Part shown: positions 12,864 to 23,184 of the stretch, in pieces | How the letters are laid out: each line of letters begins with the position of its first letter | How positions within the stretch are numbered: position 1 is the first letter of the stretch | Source of the DNA: Perkinsela sp. CCAP 1560/9 | Lineage: Eukaryota > Protista > Euglenozoa: Kinetoplastea | Assembly: GCA_965644495.1 (NCBI GenBank) | Contig: CBFFSA010000045.1 | Span: forward strand, 3,160 to 67,159 | Reading direction: 5' to 3' | Length of the DNA: 64,000 nt | Program-made: the position numbers and the translations under genes | Notes under the pieces: generated by a model | What the model saw: only the letters and a program-made list of their open reading frames with translations | Told to the model about the DNA's origin: nothing | Database searches by the model: none

Positions 12864-14162
12864 GGCTCCACGGGCACTTCAGTGAGTTTTTGAGACACTT
12901 CGATGATTTCTCATCGAAGTGCCTACGTGTCACAGGGTGACTCATCGAAACGTCAATCTTCTCATCGAAGGTGATTTTAATTGCTTTGGCAAGAAAAAAA
13001 TCGAGAACATGAAAATAAGAAAGCGGCGACACTGAGAATCTGTGTCTGCCACTTCCGCAGGTTTGTGTATTTGTTTTCCTATACTATGACACCTAGTTTA
13101 CGTGTCTGGAGGCAAGGCCCAACTTTGAGCGAAGCCCACTTCTGGAGGCAAAAGCCCCCGTTTGCGAGCAAGGCCCAACTGTGAGCGTAGCCCTGGGACA
13201 AAATTATATTTTTTGGCGACCCGCGCGCTCCATGCGGAGGTGGTGGATATTGGCACGGCGGGCGGAGGAGGAGTTGGCATCACGGCCTTCTTTTTCCGGC
13301 GGGCAGGAGGGAGCGGCAAATTCTCAGGAGCCACTCCTGATTCTTTTGCTTTGGAGCGTGTGAACACTCCCATGAAAGGTAAAAAAAGTAAATAATCAAC
13401 AAGGTGCAGAAACTGTATCTTTATCGTTAAAGATTATTGTACGTGTGCTTCTCTCTAGATTCGTGGGAAGCAATTTGCGAAGCCCAACTACCTTGATAAC
13501 AAATTTTAGTACCCATTTTGGCCGCGCGGGGGCCCCCGCGTGAGCGGGGGTGCGCGCGGCCGCGAAACGGCGAGGGCCCGCGTGAGCGGGCCTGAGCCGT
13601 ACCCCGCGTAGGATTCCCCTGTGCGTCGTTAGTGGGAAGCAATTTGCGAAGCTCACTGAATTTCGTAGTTTTCGCTACGCAGGCGTTGTCAACGTATATC
13701 TTCTTATAATTTATTCTTAAAAAAAGGGTCCGTTGATTTCTAATGCATTTTTTTACTCCATATTTTCAGCGTTCTGATATCTTTGCCCCTTCAAGGGCTT
13801 TACTTCATACTAATCTGTCTTACAAACAGACTTCCAAAAGACACGCCCCACAGCTACACCCTTCATATTCATCCCGACGTTTACGCCAACCAGTGCCTCG
13901 AGGTCCAACCGAGCAGAATGGGATTTTCGGCGCTCAAGATTAGAGCACGAGAGGTGGAGGATATTAACTCCGCACTGAGATCGCGCACTGAGGACCTATG
14001 TCTGCCACTTCCGCAGTATTGTGTATTTGTTTTTTAGTCGAAAATGCAGCTACCACCTCAAAAGTAATTAAAATCACCTTCGATGAGTTTCTTTCGTTTC
14101 GATGAGTTTCGTTTTGACACGTGGGCGTTTCGATGAGTACTCACGGAAGTGTCCTCGTACCC
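12864..14162. mobile_element. Non-autonomous TIR DNA transposon (Merlin-like), copy 2
   Basis: Apparently identical to 8695-9993 at offset 4169; same orientation and same GTGGTCTT TSD. Confidence 0.75.
13397..13435 (-). other. Full-length spliced-leader exon relic (duplicate of 9228-9266)
   Basis: Same sequence as in copy 1. Confidence 0.8.
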
Positions 14163-16261
14163 GTGGTCTTAATACAAAAAGTGGTCTTAATACAAAAAGT
14201 GGTCTTAATACAAAAAGTGGTCTTAATACAAAAAGTGGTCTTAATACAAAAAGTGGTCTTAATACAAAAAGTGGTCTTAATACAAAAAGTGGTCTTAATA
14301 CAAAAAGTGGTCTTAATACAAAAAGTGGTCTTAATACAAAAAGTGGTCTTAATACAAAAAGTGGTCTTAATACAAAAAGTGGTCTTAATACAAAAAGTGG
14401 TCTTAATACAAAAAGTGGTCTTAATACAAAAAGTGGTCTTAATACAAAAAGTGGTCTTAATACAAAAAGTGGTCTTAATACAAAAAGTGGTCTTAATACA
14501 AAAAGTGGTCTTAATACAAAAAGTGGTCTTAATACAAAAAGTGGTCTTAATACAAAAAGTGGTCTTAATACAAAAAGTGGTCTTAATACAAAAAGTGGTC
14601 TTAATACAAAAAGTGGTCTTAATACAAAAAGTGGTCTTAATACAAAAAGTGGTCTTAATACAAAAAGTGGTCTTAATACAAAAAGTGGTCTTAATACAAA
14701 AAGTGGTCTTAATACAAAAAGTGGTCTTAATACAAAAAGTGGTCTTAATACAAAAAGTGGTCTTAATACAAAAAGTGGTCTTAATACAAAAAGTGGTCTT
14801 AATACAAAAAGTGGTCTTAATACAAAAAGTGGTCTTAATACAAAAAGTGGTCTTAATACAAAAAGTGGTCTTAATACAAAAAGTGGTCTTAATACAAAAA
14901 GTGGTCTTAATACAAAAAGTGGTCTTAATACAAAAAGTGGTCTTAATACAAAAAGTGGTCTTAATACAAAAAGTGGTCTTAATACAAAAAGTGGTCTTAA
15001 TACAAAAAGTGGTCTTAATACAAAAAGTGGTCTTAATACAAAAAGTGGTCTTAATACAAAAAGTGGTCTTAATACAAAAAGTGGTCTTAATACAAAAAGT
15101 GGTCTTAATACAAAAAGTGGTCTTAATACAAAAAGTGGTCTTAATACAAAAAGTGGTCTTAATACAAAAAGTGGTCTTAATACAAAAAGTGGTCTTAATA
15201 CAAAAAGTGGTCTTAATACAAAAAGTGGTCTTAATACAAAAAGTGGTCTTAATACAAAAAGTGGTCTTAATACAAAAAGTGGTCTTAATACAAAAAGTGG
15301 TCTTAATACAAAAAGTGGTCTTAATACAAAAAGTGGTCTTAATACAAAAAGTGGTCTTAATACAAAAAGTGGTCTTAATACAAAAAGTGGTCTTAATACA
15401 AAAAGTGGTCTTAATACAAAAAGTGGTCTTAATACAAAAAGTGGTCTTAATACAAAAAGTGGTCTTAATACAAAAAGTGGTCTTAATACAAAAAGTGGTC
15501 TTAATACAAAAAGTGGTCTTAATACAAAAAGTGGTCTTAATACAAAAAGTGGTCTTAATACAAAAAGTGGTCTTAATACAAAAAGTGGTCTTAATACAAA
15601 AAGTGGTCTTAATACAAAAAGTGGTCTTAATACAAAAAGTGGTCTTAATACAAAAAGTGGTCTTAATACAAAAAGTGGTCTTAATACAAAAAGTGGTCTT
15701 AATACAAAAAGTGGTCTTAATACAAAAAGTGGTCTTAATACAAAAAGTGGTCTTAATACAAAAAGTGGTCTTAATACAAAAAGTGGTCTTAATACAAAAA
15801 GTGGTCTTAATACAAAAAGTGGTCTTAATACAAAAAGTGGTCTTAATACAAAAAGTGGTCTTAATACAAAAAGTGGTCTTAATACAAAAAGTGGTCTTAA
15901 TACAAAAAGTGGTCTTAATACAAAAAGTGGTCTTAATACAAAAAGTGGTCTTAATACAAAAAGTGGTCTTAATACAAAAAGTGGTCTTAATACAAAAAGT
16001 GGTCTTAATACAAAAAGTGGTCTTAATACAAAAAGTGGTCTTAATACAAAAAGTGGTCTTAATACAAAAAGTGGTCTTAATACAAAAAGTGGTCTTAATA
16101 CAAAAAGTGGTCTTAATACAAAAAGTGGTCTTAATACAAAAAGTGGTCTTAATACAAAAAGTGGTCTTAATACAAAAAGTGGTCTTAATACAAAAAGTGG
16201 TCTTAATACAAAAAGTGGTCTTAATACAAAAAGTGGTCTTAATACAAAAAGTGGTCTTAAT
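14163..16261. repeat. 18-bp tandem repeat, block 3 (~116 copies)
   Basis: Read directly. Confidence 0.97.
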
Positions 16262-16603
16262 GAGAACTTGTGAAAGTAATCTGCGTATTCAATTTAGTTC
16301 AATACACATGAATATTTCAGCACGTAAACCATAATATTTTATTATATACCAAGGAAAGTGTTTATATCCACGTTTAAAAAGTTAGGGAGGCTATTGAAGT
16401 AGTTTCCCATTCGTTAGTACTGTGAGAAAATGAATTATAGTAGCGCTACTAAGTGACATATGTTGTTTTACTTTATACTTTATATATTGATGTACAAACA
16501 TATTCGATGGATTTGACGAAGGGTAGGATTACATTAATGTATTTTACACTTGATTTGAGTTTTTCAATCTTCACGAATACAATTTTATACGAATGCGCTG
16601 ATT
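16262..16603. other. Unique AT-rich 342-bp insert within the repeat array
   Basis: Non-repetitive sequence between array blocks; the repeat resumes nearly in phase; no convincing ORF or TIR. Confidence 0.7.
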
Positions 16604-17115
16604 ATACAAAAAGTGGTCTTAATACAAAAAGTGGTCTTAATACAAAAAGTGGTCTTAATACAAAAAGTGGTCTTAATACAAAAAGTGGTCTTAATACAAA
16701 AAGTGGTCTTAATACAAAAAGTGGTCTTAATACAAAAAGTGGTCTTAATACAAAAAGTGGTCTTAATACAAAAAGTGGTCTTAATACAAAAAGTGGTCTT
16801 AATACAAAAAGTGGTCTTAATACAAAAAGTGGTCTTAATACAAAAAGTGGTCTTAATACAAAAAGTGGTCTTAATACAAAAAGTGGTCTTAATACAAAAA
16901 GTGGTCTTAATACAAAAAGTGGTCTTTAATACAAAAAGTGGTCGTTAATACAAAAAGTGGTCTTTAATACAAAAAGTGGTCTTTAATACAAAAAGTGGTC
17001 TTTAATACAAAAAGTGGTCTTTAATACAAAAAGTGGTCTTTAATACAAAAAGTGGTCTTTAATACAAAAAGTGGTCTTTAATACAAAAAGTGGTCATTAA
17101 TACAAAAAGTGGTCT
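16604..17115. repeat. 18-bp repeat, block 4, ending in 19-bp variant units (GGTCTTT, GGTCGTT, GGTCATT)
   Basis: Perfect units to ~16926, then about ten variant units up to the junction with unique DNA. Confidence 0.95.
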
Positions 17116-17909
17116 GCAGGTAGGGCATGCAATGCCAATTCCGGGGATATTTTACCGAAAGGGGATGCTCTACACCGGTTGCTTACATCCCTAAATGTAA
17201 CCCTCATGAGATCCCAAGCCCGCATGCTCGTCCTACGCCGGCCTGCTGTGGGTCCTGATTCAGCGCTCCTAGGCTATGGGAACGAGTAGTGGATCACTCG
17301 CCACACCCAAAGACTTCCTCGCCTGCGAAATCTGGCCGCTATACAACGTTTTCCCGCGGCAAACGCCGACCCGGCTCTCGTTGTGTATGACCAGGGGTAT
17401 GGCCAGGTGACTTTCGTGGGAAACTCCCGGTACGGATGCTGGTCGGGTCGACAGAGTCTATGCTCACGCCTAGTCCGTCAGGGCTAGGTACCCCAAGTGA
17501 GGTAGTACACGGGTAGTGAATCTCCTCCCCGTCGGCCAGCATCCTGTTTCGTGACCGTGTCGTTGTCGACACAGGCCCGCGCCTGCGCCCTCCCGTATAG
17601 CAAGGGAAGGGTTCACAAGTCAGGCCGTGGAGAGGTCGAAAGACCCGGTCCGGAACGCGCGAATGGATTGGGTCTGGATTGCTTGTTTTAATTTTTACTG
17701 TGTCTTATTTGTCGTATATACTTAGGGGAGATTGAATTGCTAGTTTTGGGCTGAGAAAAAAGAAAAAGAAAAAAAAAAAAAGGTGAATTGCTAGTTTTGG
17801 GCTGAGAAAAAAAAGAAAAAGAAAATATGCTTCTGTGGAAATAAAAAGAATTGCCAATTTGATTGCTTGTTTTAAATTCATATACCCAAAAAAAAAAAAA
17901 AAAAAAAAA
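17116..17909 (+). other. GC-rich, non-coding, poly(A)-tailed segment; candidate retrocopy of a structured RNA (SINE-like)
   Basis: No credible ORF; several predicted helices; A-tracts at ~17756-17781 and 17888-17911; the 3' part recurs diverged at ~50967-51233. Confidence 0.45.
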
Positions 17910-17948
17910 AATCTTTAACGATAAAGATACAGTTTCTGTACCTTGTTG
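17910..17948 (+). other. Full-length spliced-leader exon relic (39 nt)
   Basis: AATCTTTAACGATAAAGATACAGTTTCTGTACCTTGTTG; AA start, TTG end, ACAGTTTCTGTAC core; followed by AATT, not GT; 44 nt before the element ATG. Confidence 0.85.
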
Positions 17949-17992
17949 AATTTTTTCTATTTCATCTCTTTCCGAGGTACGGGTTAATTTTT

Positions 17993-19408
17993 ATGTCTGG
18001 TATCATCCCCCCCGCAGTCACACTTCCTCCCATAGACGACAACAGCGGAAATCCGGACCACGAAGCCGAAGCCATGGAGACGGACGACAAATGCTTAGAA
18101 ATTAATGGCAGAACTCACCGACCGGGGTCTTGGGACCAATTTAAAGGAAACGAACATTTAATCACGGGGACGAGCACATACCATGAAGACCTTTACACGA
18201 CCCCCATCCCTCAGAATATTCCTGAAGATTGGATCCGCCGAACGAACGCGATCGTAGGTGGGGTTAATGAAACACCGGACACAGGTCACACGGAGGTCGA
18301 AAATGAAGAGATGCAACACTCCGCTGTTATCAGGCAAGTAACGCCAGCGAAGAAGACGAAAGAGGCTTTGAATGCTACACAGCATCTAAGTACACCACTC
18401 AAAACTGCTCTATCCGCCCAAGCACGTAGCAATGAGGACATTAAAGGTCACTCCAAGAAAACCCCTACTCCACGGAGAAATAAGCTCATCCGATACCGGG
18501 TAGACCCAGAGACACCTTCACTCTTGCATCCTTATGAACTTATTCCGGGCCCATCTCAAGAGCAACCAGGAAGAAGACACGAAACCCAGAATATTGAAAA
18601 CGCTGGCGTTAGCCTCGCTGAGCCCAACTCATTGTCCCAAGGAAAGTCTGCCGCGCTCCGAGAGTGCCCGGCCCAGGGATGTTCATGGCGCAGTCCGTCG
18701 CATGGCGGATCCTGGCAAGCCTTCTATAACCATGTCGCATGCCGGCACGGTAACAGCATCCCTAATGAATGGTGGTACAGAGAAGGCCGTTTTCTATGCA
18801 CCTCATGCGGACGCCACTACGACAACCACAAACGATCATCGCACACACACAGCTGCAAAGGAACGAAAACCGTCGCGCTCCTTTCTCCCGAACTTCTTAC
18901 TCCACCCAACGAAGTGAGCACCGCACCAACACCAGAGAACACCAACTTTGAGCTCCCACCTCTTCCTTCTGTCTGCTCTCTTCAGCTGAGTACGTGCAAA
19001 GACGTGCCTTATCGTTGCCGCCAGATCTGGGAAGAAATCCTCTCCTCCGCCATTCGGAACGCGGTCTCTGAAAACTCCTTAAAGGCATGGACGCTTCTGG
19101 CCATGCTTCCCAAATGCGTTTTACCAGCTCCGCATCGAGGGGGCCGCAAAGGCCACATGGCATATGCCTCACATGCGTATAAATGCATGCAGCGTTGGGC
19201 GGAACAAGAGTACTCGGACCTATGGAGCGAAGCAATTGTAGCCTGTCGAAAAAAGCAAAAATCTCCAACGGAATTCCCTGACGAAGACGAGAAGGCAGCG
19301 ATTCGAGCAGAACTCCTCGTCCGCCACGGCGAGCTCTCTAGAGGGTTGGCCTCCCTAACGTCAGATCCAATGGCGCCTGACGATGACGAACATTTGAAAA
19401 ATTGCTAG
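17993..19408 (+). CDS. N-terminal part of CRE family A polyprotein: LsmAD-like domain, C2H2/CCHC Zn fingers, pre-RT region
   Basis: WDQF..N...STY.EDLYTT; CPAQGC...H...H; CTSC...H...C; continues into the next ORF if one A is restored near 19390. Confidence 0.8.
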   Translation: MSGIIPPAVTLPPIDDNSGNPDHEAEAMETDDKCLEINGRTHRPGSWDQFKGNEHLITGTSTYHEDLYTTPIPQNIPEDWIRRTNAIVGGVNETPDTGHTEVENEEMQHSAVIRQVTPAKKTKEALNATQHLSTPLKTALSAQARSNEDIKGHSKKTPTPRRNKLIRYRVDPETPSLLHPYELIPGPSQEQPGRRHETQNIENAGVSLAEPNSLSQGKSAALRECPAQGCSWRSPSHGGSWQAFYNHVACRHGNSIPNEWWYREGRFLCTSCGRHYDNHKRSSHTHSCKGTKTVALLSPELLTPPNEVSTAPTPENTNFELPPLPSVCSLQLSTCKDVPYRCRQIWEEILSSAIRNAVSENSLKAWTLLAMLPKCVLPAPHRGGRKGHMAYASHAYKCMQRWAEQEYSDLWSEAIVACRKKQKSPTEFPDEDEKAAIRAELLVRHGELSRGLASLTSDPMAPDDDEHLKNC

Positions 19409-22400
19409 AAAAACACCCCCGTCGTCTTCAAATTGACTCGTGCGAAAACTGCCCGCCCCCGAACTGCGCTCCACTGGAACTTGACGAACGCGAAGTTGCA
19501 AAGACGCTGAAGAGCTTCAACAGGGGTTCCTCTGCCGGCACTATGGGATTACGCCCAGAGCACCTACAGGCAGCACTGCTCGTACACGGAAATGACTTTC
19601 TCCGATCCCTCACAAAGCTAACAAATCACCTCCTAGCTGGGAAGGCACCCTCTGAAGTACAGGCGCACTTCGCAGGGGCGCGCTTATGCGCCCTATCAAA
19701 GGGTGAAAATGATGTTCGTCCGATCGCTGCCGGTGAAACCCTTCGGCGATTAGCGAGCAAAGCCGTATGCAACGCAATCCGACCCAAAGCGAGCGAGCTC
19801 TTTGAAGGCAAACAGTACGGAGTGGCAGCTCCAGCCGGGGCCGAAAGAGTCATTCACATGTGTCGCCTGGCCATGTCGTCCAATATGGAAAACCCGAACT
19901 TCGTCATGTGCAAAGTGGACCTACGTAACGCTTTCAATAACGTAAGCAGGGCTGCCTTCCTTCCACTAGTACAGGAATATTTCCCGGAACTCTTCCCTTG
20001 GATCAATTGGTGCTATTCCGACCCCAGCTCTCTTACCTACGGGGCCCGATTCATCTCCTCCGAGGAAGGAGTACAACAGGGCGATCCCCTAGGACCATTG
20101 CTCTTCTCGTTAGTGGCCCTGGAGCTCTCAGAAGCCATTAACCTTCAAACTGATATTCCCGCCCAACTCTGGTATCTCGACGATGGCGTCCTCGTTGGCC
20201 AGGCGCAGGAAGTTAGAGACGCCCTAGACACGATCGCCCGAGTAGGACCTCAATGGGACTTGTATCTCAATACGTCGAAATGCGAAATTATTACTTCCCC
20301 CAGCTCGGCCCACCAGGCTGATTACTTCCCAGACATACCCGACGAGAAGATCAATTCGCAGGGGAACTTTGACATACTAGGGAGTCCTGTAGGATCCGCC
20401 GACCACTGCTCTGCTTATCTTCTTTCTCACGCCCTAGAACCAGCCGAGGATACCCTCGATGCCATCACCAACATTCAGGACCCCCAGGTCGCGCTTGCCC
20501 TAATTCGTCAATGTGCAGGGTTCTGTCAAATGGTGTATGCCATGAGAAGCACGCCCCCACAGTCCCTGATTCACCTTTGCTCCCGTTTAGACGACTTTCT
20601 CATGACCGCTATAGAGGCAATCATCTGTCCTCTGGACAGGTCAGCACAATCTCAAGCACAGCGACTGAAGCGTCATGGGGGATTAGGTCTGAGATCCGCA
20701 GCTCTCCACGCCTCCGCGGCTTACGTTGCATCCGTCGCCTTTGCCACAGATTCCTGGGATCCCACAGACGCTGAAGGTTTCTCGGAGGCCATCCTCGACA
20801 TCAATCAGAAGGCCGGCACTGCTCTCCTCGATCCCCGAGGTCGTGTTCTCACAACTCCCAACGCCCCATGCGAGAAGGCCCTGAGCGCGCCGTACTCCTA
20901 CCGGAAGAGAAGGCGCCCTCCGCCAGGGAATGATCCTCACCCCCCGGACGAGCCTCCGGGACATATTCTTCGTACGACTTCCCGCACGGCCAACACACCC
21001 ACGGATGCCTACCCACTCTCGACTCCCCTCTACGGTTCTGAAGAATGCCAGGACATGTTACCCCCACAGTGGCCCAAAGGGAAGATCCCGCGCCAGCGGG
21101 TAATCAGTTATGCTATTGCAGCCCATGCCTTTTCCCAGGAATATGAGACAACTGACGCACGAACCCGTGCAAGGTGGATCTCCCAGTGTGGCACGGGAGC
21201 GAGCAGCTGGGCCTTTGTGACTCCTTCGAAAGACCTTGGGCACGCCTTTACCCCCACACAATTCCGAACTTTGGCCCGTTGGTGGTTAGGCGTGGACATC
21301 TACCATGAAGATAGCACGTGCCCCATGCCGAAATGCTCGCTCCCCCTTGACAGCAAAGGGGACCATGCACTGTCTTGCAAACATGGCCATGGTATTGTGA
21401 CAAGACACAACGCTGTTACGGACCAGTTCGCGGACGTGTGCAGTCGAGCCCGCCTCGCCCCTCAACGAGAAAAGAGTCTCGGGAACAGGGGCCCAGGCGG
21501 GGCCCTCACCAGACCTGGCGACATATACTTGCCCAGCCTTTTTCTTGGAAATCCCATTGTGCTTGACTTCGCGGTCACCCATGCTCAGCAATTAAAATAT
21601 ACGGACAAAGTCCGAAACGCTAGCTGGGTTGCCGCGGGGTCATTTGCCGAACATTATTCCTCAATGGAGAAGGGCAAGCAGCGTCGAGAAGCCGTAGAGG
21701 CAGGATGCGACTTTACGGCCATGGTTGTCGAAAGTTATGGCGCCTGGAGCCCCAGCGCTTCAGCCGTGCTCCGCAAAGTCGGTGAGAGGTGTTCGCACGC
21801 CTCGGGGGGTCTCAGAACGGAATCGCTTTATCCTACTGACTTAAAACCGGAAACAGTAATTAAGACACAGAGAGCTTCCTTAATAGGGCATCTTGTGCGC
21901 CATCCTACACCGTTTACTACAGCAGTACTATGGAGAACAAATGATGAGGCCTCTAAACCAACATTGTCCGAACGGTGTGCCCACGAACTACACTCTGATG
22001 TTACTGAAATTCTACAACTTGGACAAGATCGCCCCACATGGCGGAAGAAACTGGAAAAACTACAGGTGGAGCTGGAACCACGGCCTTCTTACACAAAGTC
22101 TTGTTCTCCTGCTTGGGAAAAAAGTATTAAAAAGATATTGGAAAACAAGGGCTATCAAACTCTACAGTACGTGGAAGAAAGTAGCACCCCTTTTCCAATA
22201 AGCGACTCGGAAACACACTTATATACGGATGGGTCGCTCATTCCGGGTACAAAGAAACAACTCCAAGGATGCGGCATAGTAATAATACGAAACAACGAAC
22301 GTACATTATTCTACGGGACAAGACCTCCGGAAAAATTCTGTGATTCCATACAATCTATAGAGGCATATGCTGTTGTCGAGGCAATTTCTCTGGCTAGCAA

Positions 22401-23184
22401 CTACGAGGGAGATGTAATACTTCACACGGATTCAGAGTACATATGGGATTTCTTCCACGAAACTGTGCATCGGTATCGGCTCATTGGGTTCCACTCATTC
22501 AAAGGGTGCGAAGCAATGCGATCCCTTCAAAACGCTTACTACAGTACAAAACATACTAAAAGATTCTACTGTATCAAGGTCAAATCACACAATGAAAATA
22601 TGTACAACGATACGGCAGATTATTTAGCCAAAAAGGCGTGCAAGCTGGAAGGAAATGAACTAGCTATAAAATACTACGGGGATATATTGCACGGCAATGC
22701 AAAGAGGAAATCAGAGCAAAATAATACCTCAAGATGTCTTAAAACTCAGAGGACTAGAAAAGGCACAAACCAAAGAGCAGTACCTGTATCTACGGGGCCC
22801 CCTTTGTCGGAAAACTCAAACGATTCACGTTCAACGAAACAACCCAAACGGAGCATTCGAATAAATGAAAAGAGGACGAAATCTCCCATACGCAAAGCTT
22901 CTTTACATAAGAAGACAAAGGGTATCAACTTAATTTCCAGCCCCCCACAGATAACCAATTCGAACGTAAGCATTGAGGTGAAACGAAATAAACCGCAAAT
23001 GAAGCGTCTAAAAGATACAAGTTTGGACTTATCATCATCCCAGACAAAGAGTGAACCAGAAAAAGAAAAGGAGTCACAAAAGCGAGTGAAAAGGACATCA
23101 AAGAAAAAACCTTGTTTTACAGCTAAAGGAAAAGACAAGAGTATAATTGATGTAAAAAAGCATGGAAATAAGCGGGAGAATTAG
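19402..23184 (+). CDS. Chimeric ORF: CRE RT + Zn motif + RLE endonuclease, fused in frame to an ingi/RTE-like C-terminus with RNase H
   Basis: RT and RLE motifs as above; after ~21810: LIGHLVR, W-R motif, YTDGS, IEA, HTDS, KVKSH, NDTAD. Confidence 0.82.
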   Translation: MLEKHPRRLQIDSCENCPPPNCAPLELDEREVAKTLKSFNRGSSAGTMGLRPEHLQAALLVHGNDFLRSLTKLTNHLLAGKAPSEVQAHFAGARLCALSKGENDVRPIAAGETLRRLASKAVCNAIRPKASELFEGKQYGVAAPAGAERVIHMCRLAMSSNMENPNFVMCKVDLRNAFNNVSRAAFLPLVQEYFPELFPWINWCYSDPSSLTYGARFISSEEGVQQGDPLGPLLFSLVALELSEAINLQTDIPAQLWYLDDGVLVGQAQEVRDALDTIARVGPQWDLYLNTSKCEIITSPSSAHQADYFPDIPDEKINSQGNFDILGSPVGSADHCSAYLLSHALEPAEDTLDAITNIQDPQVALALIRQCAGFCQMVYAMRSTPPQSLIHLCSRLDDFLMTAIEAIICPLDRSAQSQAQRLKRHGGLGLRSAALHASAAYVASVAFATDSWDPTDAEGFSEAILDINQKAGTALLDPRGRVLTTPNAPCEKALSAPYSYRKRRRPPPGNDPHPPDEPPGHILRTTSRTANTPTDAYPLSTPLYGSEECQDMLPPQWPKGKIPRQRVISYAIAAHAFSQEYETTDARTRARWISQCGTGASSWAFVTPSKDLGHAFTPTQFRTLARWWLGVDIYHEDSTCPMPKCSLPLDSKGDHALSCKHGHGIVTRHNAVTDQFADVCSRARLAPQREKSLGNRGPGGALTRPGDIYLPSLFLGNPIVLDFAVTHAQQLKYTDKVRNASWVAAGSFAEHYSSMEKGKQRREAVEAGCDFTAMVVESYGAWSPSASAVLRKVGERCSHASGGLRTESLYPTDLKPETVIKTQRASLIGHLVRHPTPFTTAVLWRTNDEASKPTLSERCAHELHSDVTEILQLGQDRPTWRKKLEKLQVELEPRPSYTKSCSPAWEKSIKKILENKGYQTLQYVEESSTPFPISDSETHLYTDGSLIPGTKKQLQGCGIVIIRNNERTLFYGTRPPEKFCDSIQSIEAYAVVEAISLASNYEGDVILHTDSEYIWDFFHETVHRYRLIGFHSFKGCEAMRSLQNAYYSTKHTKRFYCIKVKSHNENMYNDTADYLAKKACKLEGNELAIKYYGDILHGNAKRKSEQNNTSRCLKTQRTRKGTNQRAVPVSTGPPLSENSNDSRSTKQPKRSIRINEKRTKSPIRKASLHKKTKGINLISSPPQITNSNVSIEVKRNKPQMKRLKDTSLDLSSSQTKSEPEKEKESQKRVKRTSKKKPCFTAKGKDKSIIDVKKHGNKREN

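Larger units (their letters stand above)
17910..21810 (+). mobile_element. CRE/SLACS-clade non-LTR retrotransposon, family A (frameshifted, 3' end replaced)
   Basis: N-terminal Zn fingers; RT motifs RPIAAGE, DLRNAFN, QQGDPLGP, YLDD; GGLGL; C-C-H-C motif followed by RHN; RPGD...LDFAVTH restriction-like endonuclease. Confidence 0.88.

Noticed and set aside
16382-16387. TTAGGG hexamer
   Set aside because: Isolated, not tandem; no canonical telomere tract in the window
11-16948. Very long ORFs (VVLIQK)n, (SGLNTK)n and (RPLFVL)n
   Set aside because: By-products of an 18-bp unit that lacks stops in several frames; no synonymous variation and no real start context
1-17115. CRISPR array
   Set aside because: Repeats are contiguous with no spacers, there are no cas genes, and the context is eukaryotic
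17575-17680. HDV-like ribozyme or ingi/L1Tc 77-nt signature
   Set aside because: I could not build the nested double pseudoknot by eye and see no match to the signature; a descriptor search would be needed
17910-17948. Functional SL RNA gene
   Set aside because: The exon is not followed by a GT donor or intron, there is no tandem SL gene unit, and it is preceded by poly(A)
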